Source: Craspedostauros australis (Eukaryota). From it: 42,374 nt of DNA. The DNA is taken from NCBI GenBank assembly GCA_030167865.1, contig JALAGF010005534.1, positions 1 to 42,374 of the forward strand, read 5' to 3'. Every line of letters starts with the position of its first letter. Position 1 is the stretch's first letter. Below are positions 1-9,653 of this stretch, piece after piece. The position numbers and the translations under genes are program-made. The notes under the pieces were generated by a model. That model had not been told where the DNA came from, made no database searches, and was given only the letters and a program-made list of their open reading frames with translations.

Positions 1-2984
1 CTGATGCCGTGGTCGCAGAATGGCTCTTCGTCTCCGTCACCGCGAATGTTGGGAACTCCGTCGGACAGGAAGACCATGAGGTTGGTCCATTCGTCGAAGT
101 TGATGGTCGGGTCGTTCTCTCGCTCGATGAAATAGTCGATGGACTTGTCCAAGGCATCGTCGAAGTTGGTGAAACCCTTGTTCTGGTAGATGACGGTGGC
201 GTTCGTTTTGAGGGTCTGGATGCTGCGGAGATCTTTGAGGAGTTCGGGGTTGATGCCGTCTCCGTTGCTGTTGAGAGGCTTGTAGCGTCCTGCTGACATG
301 TAGTCGCCCTTGTAGAAGCCGGAGGTCTCGAACACCACAACACCAAGGTCCACGTTGTCGTTATCCAGAACGTCGGAGTTCTCGATGACCTTGAGCAGCT
401 GGAGGACCGCGCCAATCTCTGCATCCAAGATTGTGTTCGCCTTGCCGTCGCCGTTGAGGTCGCCAATGTGGGAACCGCCGAATTGGGTGAGGTAGCTGGA
501 GTAGGAAATGTCGATGACGATGTTGATGTTGACCGGTGGCTTGGTGAGGAATCCGTCCTGGCATGCAGTTGGCGAGTCGGTTGGGCTTTCCGTGCACTCG
601 CTCTTCGTCTTCTTGAAGAGATCGGTGACCCACATCTGACGTCCGAAGTTGTATAGATCCAGACCTTGCTCGTTGTTGGTGCAGCGGTACTGAACCTCAC
701 CCTGAAAACCATTGTCCTTGAGACGGATGACGCGCGTGTCGCCGCTTCGCCAGGTGTTCACCTTGGGGGACTTGCCGTAGACGAACTTGGGGGTGCGGAC
801 ATCGTGTCTGGTGCAAGATGGCCAGGAGGTCGCGCAATCCGTGAAGAATTCCCACACGTCGTTGGTACGGAGTTGCTCATCGCTGTTGACATCCATGACG
901 ACAAAGTCGAATGGGCCGCAGAAGTCGCTCTGCTTGGTGTCCGCAAAGCAAGCGGTGGAACCATCGTCGACGCACATGGGGGAGATGCCGCACTTGTTGT
1001 TCTCGTCGTACGTGTTGAAGACCTCGTTGTCATTCTTGGCGATTTCGAAGAACAATCTGCGGAATCGGGAGACGTAGGTCCTGGACTCGAAAAGGAAGAT
1101 CTTGTCGGCATGTAGCACACCTTCATGCTGTTCGAACTTGGCATACCACCAATCCTTCTTGCACCACGGCTCATCCGTGCAAAAGGCGTATCCGATCTTC
1201 TCCTTGTCCATCCTTGCGAGCGGATCGAACTTGGCACCATTGTCGATGAGAGTTGCGCCCCAGGCTTCGGCGAAGGCTTCGACCAGCTCCTCGGCGTTGT
1301 TCACGTACTTGTTACCCTGGACACCGCCTCCGTACAGGTAGTACTGGCAATGCTTGTTGACCACCACGGTGGTCTTTCCAGATGGTCCGTCGGACGATCG
1401 CTTGGCATGGTTGCTGGTCCTTGGCTTTGCGTACGGGAAGTGGTAGCCAAGATCCTTGGCACAATCAGGAGCGACGGGAAGGGATGGGGCTGGACTGGAG
1501 GTGGGGACCATGCTCTCGGAGGGGGCGGCGCTTTCGCAGGTTCCGACGGGAGTTTGGAACAGTCTGCGCCCGTCTCCAAGGATCTTGGTGTTGTACACGG
1601 CGTCAGTGAAGTGCTTCATGCCGTACGCGGCTTCCTTGGTTGGGCACTTCCACTTGTATGCGCCGCCTGNGACGCCGTTTCCATCGAGGGTGAATCGGTA
1701 GTATCCTGGCACGTCTCCTTTGGAACTGATCCAGCTCACCTTCCTGACGTTCGGAGCTCCGTAGGTGAAGTCTACGTTCTTGTCATGCTCGGGAGCGCAC
1801 TCGTAGGAGGTGACACAGTGCTGGTACCAGTCAAACACATCGGAAGTGCGGTAGTTGTCCATCGAGTTGGCGCCTTCGATCATGAAATCGACGAGTCCGC
1901 ATTCGGATTCGTTGACGACGTAGCAGGTGGTGGCAGCCTTGCCGCGACCACGTCCGCGGCCTCGGTACACTCCATCGTAGTTGCTGCCATCGTAGCAGAA
2001 TGGAAGTTTGTCGATGTATNNNNNNNNNNNNNNNNNNNNNNNNNNNNNNNNNNNNNNNNNNNNNNNNNNCTTGCCGCGACCACGTCCGCGGCCTCGGTAC
2101 ACTCCATCGTAGTTGCTGCCATCGTAGCAGAATGGAAGTTTGTCGATGTATCCGTCTGGAAGGTGGGTGATTCTGCCACAGCCGGGACCCTGCTCGCCAG
2201 TTGGTGCCACGCTGGTGGTTGGCTCGAAGCTGACGCTGGGGGCGTTGGTCTTTTTCGGTGGCGCAGTCGGCGAACCGGTCGGTGCAGGGGTTGGGCGCAG
2301 TTGGGCATCCAGCTTGCGTTGGACGTTGGTGTCGATCTCGGCTGGTTCGGCATCTTCATCAACATCATTCGAATCGGAATCAGCATCGGCATCGGCGTCA
2401 ATCTCCACTTCCTCTTCAGCGGAATCCTCGGAGCAGCCGCACTTGATCTCGTAGGCCACGGTGCACATCTCCGTGGGAACGAACTCCCCAAGATCGCATT
2501 CGTCAGGGAAGCGACCGTCGAAGTCTTCGGCAAGATCCTCGAGCTTCTCTCCGTCGAGATGATGGTCGGAGATGTAGATCGCAATCTTCGCCGTGTTGGT
2601 GAGCGGGTCGCACATGATGTCCATGGCTTGACCCTCCGCAGTGTAGAGGTTGGAACCAAACGTCACGGGCCCGAAGTTCTCGATGCAGACCGGTTCGCCG
2701 TTGGTGTAGACGGATGGGATCACCAAACCCGCAAAGTCGACGTCCTGCCCTTCGAAGAAGTTCTGCTTGATGACGACGCGGACAGATTCTGGATCCTCCG
2801 GTTGCTCCGGAGCCAGAACGACGGCCTCATCCTTGGCGTTGACGAGACCGGCCGCATGGCAGCTGCCGCTCTTGGCCGGCTTGGCGCAGGTTGGCTTGGA
2901 GACCGCCATGGGCTCACGTTCGGGAGAGGCATCGACCGCTGCACCCCCGAGAAGGGCGAGCAACGATGCTGCAGAAAGCTTCAT
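1..2984 (-). CDS. Large secreted extracellular-matrix/adhesin-like protein: signal peptide, Cys-rich domain, acidic linker+RKL, Pro/Thr/Ser linkers, duplicated Cys-rich domain, vWA domain (3' partial)
   Basis: Manual translation from ATG 2984 (MKLSAASLLALLGGAAVDA-SPER) stays open to the window edge, ~950 aa after collapsing the gap duplication. It has no stop in the window, so it is missing from the ORF track. vWA MIDAS elements: NIVIDISYS (~498-530), GFTNFDDAL, MVFLSDG. The long + strand ORFs here are its antisense shadows. Confidence 0.9.
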   Translation of the reverse strand, partial: MKLSAASLLALLGGAAVDASPEREPMAVSKPTCAKPAKSGSCHAAGLVNAKDEAVVLAPEQPEDPESVRVVIKQNFFEGQDVDFAGLVIPSVYTNGEPVCIENFGPVTFGSNLYTAEGQAMDIMCDPLTNTAKIAIYISDHHLDGEKLEDLAEDFDGRFPDECDLGEFVPTEMCTVAYEIKCGCSEDSAEEEVEIDADADADSDSNDVDEDAEPAEIDTNVQRKLDAQLRPTPAPTGSPTAPPKKTNAPSVSFEPTTSVAPTGEQGPGCGRITHLPDGYIDKLPFCYDGSNYDGVYRGRGRGRGKXXXXXXXXXXXXXXXXXYIDKLPFCYDGSNYDGVYRGRGRGRGKAATTCYVVNESECGLVDFMIEGANSMDNYRTSDVFDWYQHCVTSYECAPEHDKNVDFTYGAPNVRKVSWISSKGDVPGYYRFTLDGNGVXGGAYKWKCPTKEAAYGMKHFTDAVYNTKILGDGRRLFQTPVGTCESAAPSESMVPTSSPAPSLPVAPDCAKDLGYHFPYAKPRTSNHAKRSSDGPSGKTTVVVNKHCQYYLYGGGVQGNKYVNNAEELVEAFAEAWGATLIDNGAKFDPLARMDKEKIGYAFCTDEPWCKKDWWYAKFEQHEGVLHADKIFLFESRTYVSRFRRLFFEIAKNDNEVFNTYDENNKCGISPMCVDDGSTACFADTKQSDFCGPFDFVVMDVNSDEQLRTNDVWEFFTDCATSWPSCTRHDVRTPKFVYGKSPKVNTWRSGDTRVIRLKDNGFQGEVQYRCTNNEQGLDLYNFGRQMWVTDLFKKTKSECTESPTDSPTACQDGFLTKPPVNINIVIDISYSSYLTQFGGSHIGDLNGDGKANTILDAEIGAVLQLLKVIENSDVLDNDNVDLGVVVFETSGFYKGDYMSAGRYKPLNSNGDGINPELLKDLRSIQTLKTNATVIYQNKGFTNFDDALDKSIDYFIERENDPTINFDEWTNLMVFLSDGVPNIRGDGDEEPFCDHGI
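1938..2151. other. 82-bp exact duplication flanking a 50-N gap (probable unmerged contig overlap)
   Basis: 1938-2019 equals 2070-2151, separated only by Ns; the 132-nt offset keeps the reading frame. Confidence 0.85.
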
Positions 2985-4105
2985 GGTTGCTTGGGCGCTT
3001 AGTGGCTTGGTTGTTTGATTTTGACGCTTGCGATGTGTTGTTTGTTGTTTGCGTTTGCGTTGGTCAGCTCAAACTTTTTATGAGTGTTGGATGATCAGAA
3101 TAGAAGGTGTAGTCCGATGATGCATGTGATGAAGCATGTGGGGCGAGTGTTGGCTGTCGCCCTTTGAAGATGCTGCATCAGATCATGATGGTGATGATCA
3201 TGATGATGGTGGTGATCCTGCTGCGTTGGTGTTCAACAAGACACGGGCGCCATCGTTGTGGTTGGGTTGATCAGAAACAAACTCCGCTCTCGCGATCGCA
3301 TCATGTCGCTGAGCATTCCATTATACATATGCCGATGACGATGCCGATGACGATGCCGGAAAGCCACCGGAGGAATGTTGCGGTTGGTGGTGGTCATGGC
3401 GATGACGATGTCCCTGATTGTGGTTGCGATGATGTGCCGCAACCTCAAGAGCAACCAAAGCAAGAGAATAGGTTCGGCTACAGTTGTTACCCGTAGTTGC
3501 TACATGAAGAAGACCTTTTTGGCAACAACGCGACGAACACAACCAGAATGACTTTCGCTGACACCAAAACCATCTCGTTCCGTGGATGCCGACACAATCG
3601 CCGATTTCGTTTTTCGGATAAACATAGTGTTCGAAGTCGTGCGTGGATTCAACATTTCGGAGATACTATCTCTCGTTCGTGACGAAGATTCGCCGTTGAA
3701 GAAAGAAAGAAAGTGTGAGGTAGAAATCGTCACTCATTTTGCGAACAAGTTCCCAACAAACCGACACCAGACGCATCCAACCAAGCCCTCGCTTTCTGAG
3801 ATGCTGCTCCGAAAGTATCGGTCACTGAGTCACGTTGATTCCTTCCATACTGTGCTAGGAGGAATACTGGTCATCGGGGACGGAGCCCATTCGATTTCTC
3901 CCTGTCCAACACCGAGATCGTCGTCATCGTCAATACCGGCGTCATCAATATCGCATCGCAAACACAGTGGCGATCCCATCGAACGTCAGCTTCGCTCCAA
4001 CGGCTCCCACCTTACGCATCGCCGCCATTTGGGTTCCCCATTCGGCTTGTTGGACTTTGGCTGCTCTTGTCAATCAACGCTCACGCCGACGCTTCGGAAT
4101 CCGAA

Positions 4106-5060
4106 ACTAGTGCCTCAAAGAGCCGGCTGTAACCAACGTTTTGGTTACAGTTAGTTACAAGAAAAATGTCGTGTAGATCGTGGTACGATTTCTACGTAGG
4201 TCCCGAACAAAAATAGGCCAAAAACAGCAGCATCCATAGTCAAACTCTCCGGACTGAGCTCGTGTGCGTGTTCTTGTACTCATCTTGCCATTGCATCATC
4301 ACATGGAATTTATATATACCATACTGAAGTTTGGTGGCTGTTGCTCTCTTTCTCGGTGAGGAATGATGCCATCCATCAAGTACCCCCCATCATTCAAGGA
4401 CGTTGTTGGCTTCTGGTCGGCAAGTTTTCTTGTTCTGGTTGGTCCAAAGAAGTGTCCCAACTGTCGCTGACGTCACGATGACGCAGGCGTTGGAGCCAGA
4501 AATCTCCAAACTTGCTACCGAAGTTGTGGATCCGAGTGGTCAAATATCGTTCCGAACTCCTTGGGAGCACTAAACGCAAGCACAACACCATACCATCGCA
4601 CTCAAACATATTATAGACCATGTGGCTGTAACCGTCTCAGAGAGAGGATTCTGAAATGATGTCTATTGTGCAGATTGAGCCAAACACCGCTAACTCCGGT
4701 GACTTCAAAGATGGAGAGTCGAATTTCTCGAAGAAAAGAGGCAAGATCCTACCGGACTCCTGTAGAATCCTACGTGTAACCAACTGTAACCACGAGATCC
4801 AAAAAAGCCCCGGTCTGTCCGTCGTCCGATGGAAAAACCACAACAAGGGGGTCAATAAACACATCAAGATCGACAAGATAGTAGTAACAACAAGATAATT
4901 TTATTACTTTCCTGGATAGCCCTGGCTCTTAGTTTTATGAAGGTGTAAAGAGATACTTGATTGAGTGTCTACAGATTCAAGTCTGAGGTCGAGAAAATGG
5001 ATCCAAAATCTGTAGCCAACTGTAGCCAATTTTTGGGGTCCGTTTGTTTGAGGCACTAGT
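4106..5060. mobile_element. Non-autonomous DNA transposon (MITE-like TIR element), ~950 bp
   Basis: ACTAGTGCCTCAAA (4106-4119) is the exact reverse complement of TTTGAGGCACTAGT (5047-5060). Imperfect inverted similarity continues ~50 bp inward (TTGGTTACAGTTAGTTACA vs TTGGCTACAGTTGGCTACA). Palindromic TA/CTAG/ACTAGT lies at both ends, TGTARCC copies occur inside, and there is no credible ORF. Confidence 0.7.
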
Positions 5061-5358
5061 GTCTTCGAGTCGCGCGGAACATGTTTCTGGGACCACTCAT
5101 GACTCTCTACGACTATTCCGTTCGAGATACGAATGCGTGTACGCTCGGCAGGGTGTCCAATGTCCAAGACGGCGTTCAATCAAAAGCTGCTCGACTCTAT
5201 GCATTATTTGCTGGCGCACGATTATTCTACCTTCATCTTGTGTTGAGATATGCGGCGCGAGCTGGGATCTGTGCTCTCTCCGCTGTCGTAGTCTCCAGCT
5301 GCTCATGTTGCTGCTGTTGCCATCGAACTGCCGATGGCTGCAGCCTCCCGCATTGTTT

Positions 5359-7032
5359 TCACATGGTCTTGTAGGCCGTGTAGCCAACACCGCATCCCAT
5401 GCATGAAAGCACCGCGAATACCATGGTCCCACCAACGCGTGGTGGAAACACTCCGGATGAGATGCAAAAGGACACCAAGAACCCGACAAACGTCGGTGCT
5501 AGTCCTTTCACCAAACTTCCTCCCAACATGCTGAAGCCGTTCATTGTCCCGCGCTGTTCGGGTAAGACGGTGCGATTCGTCAACACCGTGATGCTCGAAA
5601 GGAACATCAAGTTGAAGATTCTATACAGCGCCAGGACGATGCTCAGGAATATGTACGTCGACCAAGACAACTCATCGTCATCGCTGTTGCCTGTCACGTC
5701 CTGTACGCCGCTGATGTCCGTGGATGCGTTCAGTAGAACAGAGAGCGGAATGAGCATCAGCAATGGCCCCGCGATGGAGCTTCCGATCTGGACCGATCTT
5801 GTCAATCCAAATCGATGCACCATGCTGTCGTAGGTTGAGTACTGACACAGTGCAAAAATCAAGCCGCTCGTTGAGAGGATCTTTCCGATGTTGACCTCGG
5901 ATAATCCCAGCCCTCCCTGTTGGCTGATGCAGAATAACGGAAAACCCTCATCGACCGCCACCGAGACGAATGAGAACAACCAATACACGATGAGGTGGGT
6001 CCTGGTGTCGATCTTAGACCAGATCTGGGCGATTGTTGCCTTCGGAATATCGTCAGGTGTGCGGGTAGCCTTCACAGTTTCCAATTCGTGTTTGGATTCT
6101 GTTTTCGCTGTTCCGTACGCAATTGAAGCCCCGTTTTCTGTTTTCATGAGACCATCCGTTTCTTCTTTGTTGTGAAGCTTTGAAGTGAGGTGAGATGTGA
6201 AGAACCCGCATACACCTCGAACAGCATCACCCACTATATATTTCGGACTTCGTCTTCGTTCTGGCGGCAGCGTTTCTGGCACGAAGGAGCTGACGACAAA
6301 GAGAGACACGATGCACATGATCACAGACACCAGGTTGGGCAGGATGAATGGATACCGTGATAGGATACCGTGGAAGTGCTGTACGATGGCAGAGTTGGGA
6401 TACGCCTCGACCGGTTGTGAGAGGAACCCGCTGAGTGCGGGGCCGGCAAGGTATGACCATGCCCACATTCCCATCGCCGCGCCCATGCCCTTCGTTTCCA
6501 ATGTACCGTCGCCCTGTGCCAGTTCCGATACGCAGGTCTTGGTGGTACCGGTGAGGCCGCTGCAAAGGCCCATCATAAAGCGCCAAAAGATGGCCAAGGA
6601 GAACGATGAGGTGGTCCCGAATTGCATGGACAGCGCGCAGCAAGCCGTCAAGGAGGTGATGAGGACAACCCGGCGTCCGTACGTATCGGCAATCTTACCC
6701 CAAGTAACAGACGTCAGAACCCGGCCAGCCATGAAGGCGGACGCGAGCAGCCCAGCATAGGACCCCGCGTTCTCTTCGTTGACACCGTCAATGAGTTCGA
6801 TTGCCATGAAGCCGCTGTACGGAAAGACGCTGATGATCACCCAAGCTTGGGTTGCGGCCACCGTGCACAACGCATAGATGCCGAGCCAGTATTGACTTTC
6901 GGTTAGCTTTGGTACCTGAGTTTGGTTCTGATGATGCTCATCATGGTTGTCGTTGAGATCCCTCGATGATTGGGAAGCGCTGTCTTCATCGGTCCTATCG
7001 GACAGGGTCAATAGGGTGCGAGACTTACGCAT
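5359..7032 (-). CDS. Major facilitator superfamily transporter, ZINC INDUCED FACILITATOR-like
   Basis: About 12 hydrophobic segments in a 6+6 arrangement around a polar loop; motif A WGKIADTYGRR; FPYSGFM, YAGLLASAF and YPFILPN recall ZIFL-type MFS proteins. ATG 7032 (MRKSR) is preferred because the ORF-track start 7185 is a GTG in the upstream repeat. Confidence 0.9.
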   Translation of the reverse strand: MRKSRTLLTLSDRTDEDSASQSSRDLNDNHDEHHQNQTQVPKLTESQYWLGIYALCTVAATQAWVIISVFPYSGFMAIELIDGVNEENAGSYAGLLASAFMAGRVLTSVTWGKIADTYGRRVVLITSLTACCALSMQFGTTSSFSLAIFWRFMMGLCSGLTGTTKTCVSELAQGDGTLETKGMGAAMGMWAWSYLAGPALSGFLSQPVEAYPNSAIVQHFHGILSRYPFILPNLVSVIMCIVSLFVVSSFVPETLPPERRRSPKYIVGDAVRGVCGFFTSHLTSKLHNKEETDGLMKTENGASIAYGTAKTESKHELETVKATRTPDDIPKATIAQIWSKIDTRTHLIVYWLFSFVSVAVDEGFPLFCISQQGGLGLSEVNIGKILSTSGLIFALCQYSTYDSMVHRFGLTRSVQIGSSIAGPLLMLIPLSVLLNASTDISGVQDVTGNSDDDELSWSTYIFLSIVLALYRIFNLMFLSSITVLTNRTVLPEQRGTMNGFSMLGGSLVKGLAPTFVGFLVSFCISSGVFPPRVGGTMVFAVLSCMGCGVGYTAYKTM

Positions 7033-7182
7033 CACTGTTGTCAAAACTGCTGCGATTCTCTGTTGGAATAGGTGGTTGCAATCGGTGTGCGGTTTCGTGC
7101 GTTGCTGTGTTTTGTGGAATTGACTGATCAACCTGCAACCACTCTGTTTTGTCTTTGTGCCTGTCTTGGCGCAGGTGGACCA

Positions 7183-7250
7183 CATGCCTGTGTACTACAT
7201 GCCTGTGTACTACATGCCTGTGTACTACATGCCTGTGTACTACATGCCTG
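7183..7250. repeat. 15-bp minisatellite (CATGCCTGTGTACTA) x4.5, followed by a degenerate 12-bp repeat (7261-7302)
   Basis: Read directly; lies in the divergent intergenic region between the MFS gene and the gene at 7963. Confidence 0.95.
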
Positions 7251-7962
7251 CATGTTCGATCGGTTCGTCACCTGGTTCGTTGCTCGGTTCGTCACTCGGT
7301 TGCAACCCCGAATGCCGCTTCTTGGTCGGAACATTGTTGGTGCGGACAAACGGTGTTGGTTCGATGAGGAAAAACGTCGGTCGGCCACTCGCCAACAAGA
7401 AGCTGAAAGTTCTGCGTGGTTGGGGGAATTCCTGTGCGATGTTTGTCCACGTTCCTGTTGTTGTTCTCTCCATGAGGAATCATGACAGAACATTGGGAGT
7501 GCGTGTCGCAGGAACTGAGAGGAATTCTCGGGGTTGCGGCAAATTGCACAAAACAAACAATATTCTGCATCCAGCAATTATCGACTCATAGGACTAGATC
7601 ATGCATCTGGTTATGAGACAACGTGATGATGCCATCAAAAGCGGAGAGGGCCAAAACAAAGCCAAAATCGCCACAGAACACCCATCAAGAACAACAGGAT
7701 CCACGATACCCACAGAATGACACATCAAGAGAGACAGCAACCCATCATAGAATACCTACGTGTACTCGTGTGGCAGAGATCATCATCAACACCTGCGCAG
7801 ATCCGCCACTGCAACGCATTGTATTGTATTGTATTGTATTGTATTGCTCTGGAGATCTCTGGAGTGACCAAGTACTCGACCAATCCGTCACGTCGAAGCT
7901 CACAGAAGAGAAGACAAGAGAAAGGCTCCACACGGCGATAGTGCACCAAGCTCCGCAACGCA

Positions 7963-9084
7963 ATGATGCCATCCCAACGAAACCGTAGTGCGACCGCGAG
8001 GAGGAGCGCCGTGAAGCGGCATGTGGCGATGTCCTCGTGCTTTGCGTTGGCGCTTGGCGGTGCTGTTGCCCGCACCTGTCATGCGTTTGCTCCGTCCGCC
8101 TTCCCAACTCGCTCTTTGGCGTTCGTCGCGGACGATGCCCAACGGCGCTCCATCGCAGCATCGTCGCGGCTGTTCATCATCCCACCGCCAGGATCGGGAT
8201 ACTTGACTGCGGAGGACGAAGAATCGGAGCTTCCCGACACTTACGAACCCATGATGGAGTACCCCGGCACCATGCGCCCTGGCCGAACGCCAGAGAATGC
8301 TCCCTTCCACGATCTGCCGTTGGATGACGGCGAACCCGACCCCATCCCATGGCCGCACTTTCAGCAGATCGAGTGGCATCATCGGTGGGAGCCACCGCAT
8401 CCGCACCCGGTCCCCATGGAGGAGTTCATCGAGCAGCAGGGCCGATGGGCCACGCCCGAGATGGAGGCGCAGATGCGTGCCGGCGTCCGCCGTTCCGCGA
8501 GGCAGCGCAAGGAGATTGCGGAGGAGCAGAAGCGCGTCACCACCATCATGGACGATGACGACGATGACGAAGAAGACGGTCCCACCGATCTGGGAGAAGG
8601 CGTGTTCGGATCGCTCGGTTCCACGGCCGACATGGCCATTACTGCAGCGGCGACCTCGCCTGATGGGCAGGTCGAGGCGGACGAAAGCGAGAGCACCGAC
8701 GCTGCCGAGGACGAAGGCGATGACCTTGATGACTTCCTGCTCGATCTTGGTCTCGATCTGGAGGAGGAGCTGAATGAGGAGCCCGCCCCGCCCGTCGTTC
8801 GCAACAGCGGTGCGTTGGAGGATGTGGAGGTCGGAGAGGATGATGGCACGGACGACATCGCTCCCGAGGATGCCACCGTCGACACCAGCGTGACGGCTTC
8901 CATCAACGTCGAGGAAGATGACGACCTGGATCTTGGCCTGGACGAGGAGGAATTGGATGACGGGGTCAGCACTGTGCCGCTGGAGGACTTTGGGGACAAC
9001 GACACCTTCGACACTGACGAGTTCTTCGATGACGGTGGCTTCGACTACGATTCCGGTGATTTTGATGCAGGCGATTCTTGGTAG
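7963..9084 (+). CDS. Hypothetical plastid-targeted protein with Trp/Pro/His-rich core and long acidic tail
   Basis: Single ORF with coding-like codon usage; hydrophobic stretch then TCHA-FAP cleavage motif and Ser/Arg-rich transit; ~190-aa D/E-rich C-terminus. The exact start Met is uncertain. Confidence 0.85.
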   Translation: MMPSQRNRSATARRSAVKRHVAMSSCFALALGGAVARTCHAFAPSAFPTRSLAFVADDAQRRSIAASSRLFIIPPPGSGYLTAEDEESELPDTYEPMMEYPGTMRPGRTPENAPFHDLPLDDGEPDPIPWPHFQQIEWHHRWEPPHPHPVPMEEFIEQQGRWATPEMEAQMRAGVRRSARQRKEIAEEQKRVTTIMDDDDDDEEDGPTDLGEGVFGSLGSTADMAITAAATSPDGQVEADESESTDAAEDEGDDLDDFLLDLGLDLEEELNEEPAPPVVRNSGALEDVEVGEDDGTDDIAPEDATVDTSVTASINVEEDDDLDLGLDEEELDDGVSTVPLEDFGDNDTFDTDEFFDDGGFDYDSGDFDAGDSW

Positions 9085-9297
9085 ACATGTGTTGCAGTTT
9101 CAATACGAGTAGGACGCGGTAGAGTTTAGTTCATCCCACGAGACGTGGCCAAGGATGCAAGTGTGTGGTAGAGCGAGCACACGAGCAGGCAATCAGTCAG
9201 GCAGAAAAGATAGGAAGGTACGAGTAGGCTGTACATGTTAGCATTTGCCACAACGAAGGCAACAGGCCTACGCGTGCCTCGTGTGATATCCTCTCTT

Positions 9298-9324
<27 letters not shown>
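9298..9324. repeat. (GA)n microsatellite
   Basis: Read directly between two convergent genes. Confidence 0.95.
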
Positions 9325-9328
<4 letters not shown>

Positions 9329-9653
9329 CTCCAGTCGTACGGATCATGCTCGAATGTGCACGGCCGTGAGTCGTACTAGTAGTACTTGCAGTATGCTGCA
9401 GTCCAGGCACGCTCGCATACTCGTAGCTGTTGGGAATGTCATTTGCAAAATGCAACGCAAGATATTGCGGGCATCTCAAGTAGCGATGTGCCTTGTGCGA
9501 TGGAACGTAGTATTGCAATCATGAGGACAATTTGGCATGCGACTATGATTATACAATGACCGTGCCACTGGATGCCACCATTTGAAAATGCACACATGCA
9601 CACATGTGTTCGTCCACTGCTCTACTCTGGAGTCGGCAAGTCGCAAACTCTCT

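Noticed and set aside
1938..2151. Apparent tandem repeat of YIDKLPFC...RGRGRGK
   Set aside because: Exact copy either side of a 50-N gap, typical of an unmerged contig overlap.
9..3002. Long + strand ORFs (e.g. 1125-3002, 625 aa) and a GDPH tetrapeptide near 625
   Set aside because: Antisense shadows of the minus-strand secreted gene. The GDPH is on the non-coding strand, so it is not a diatom GDPH domain.
5057..5127. Loose resemblance to 31172-31239 (TAGyGTCT..CGGA..CTrCGAC..GTTCrAGA) and vaguely to 17884-17930
   Set aside because: May be relics of one repeat family, but identity is too low to support by eye; needs a genome-wide profile search.
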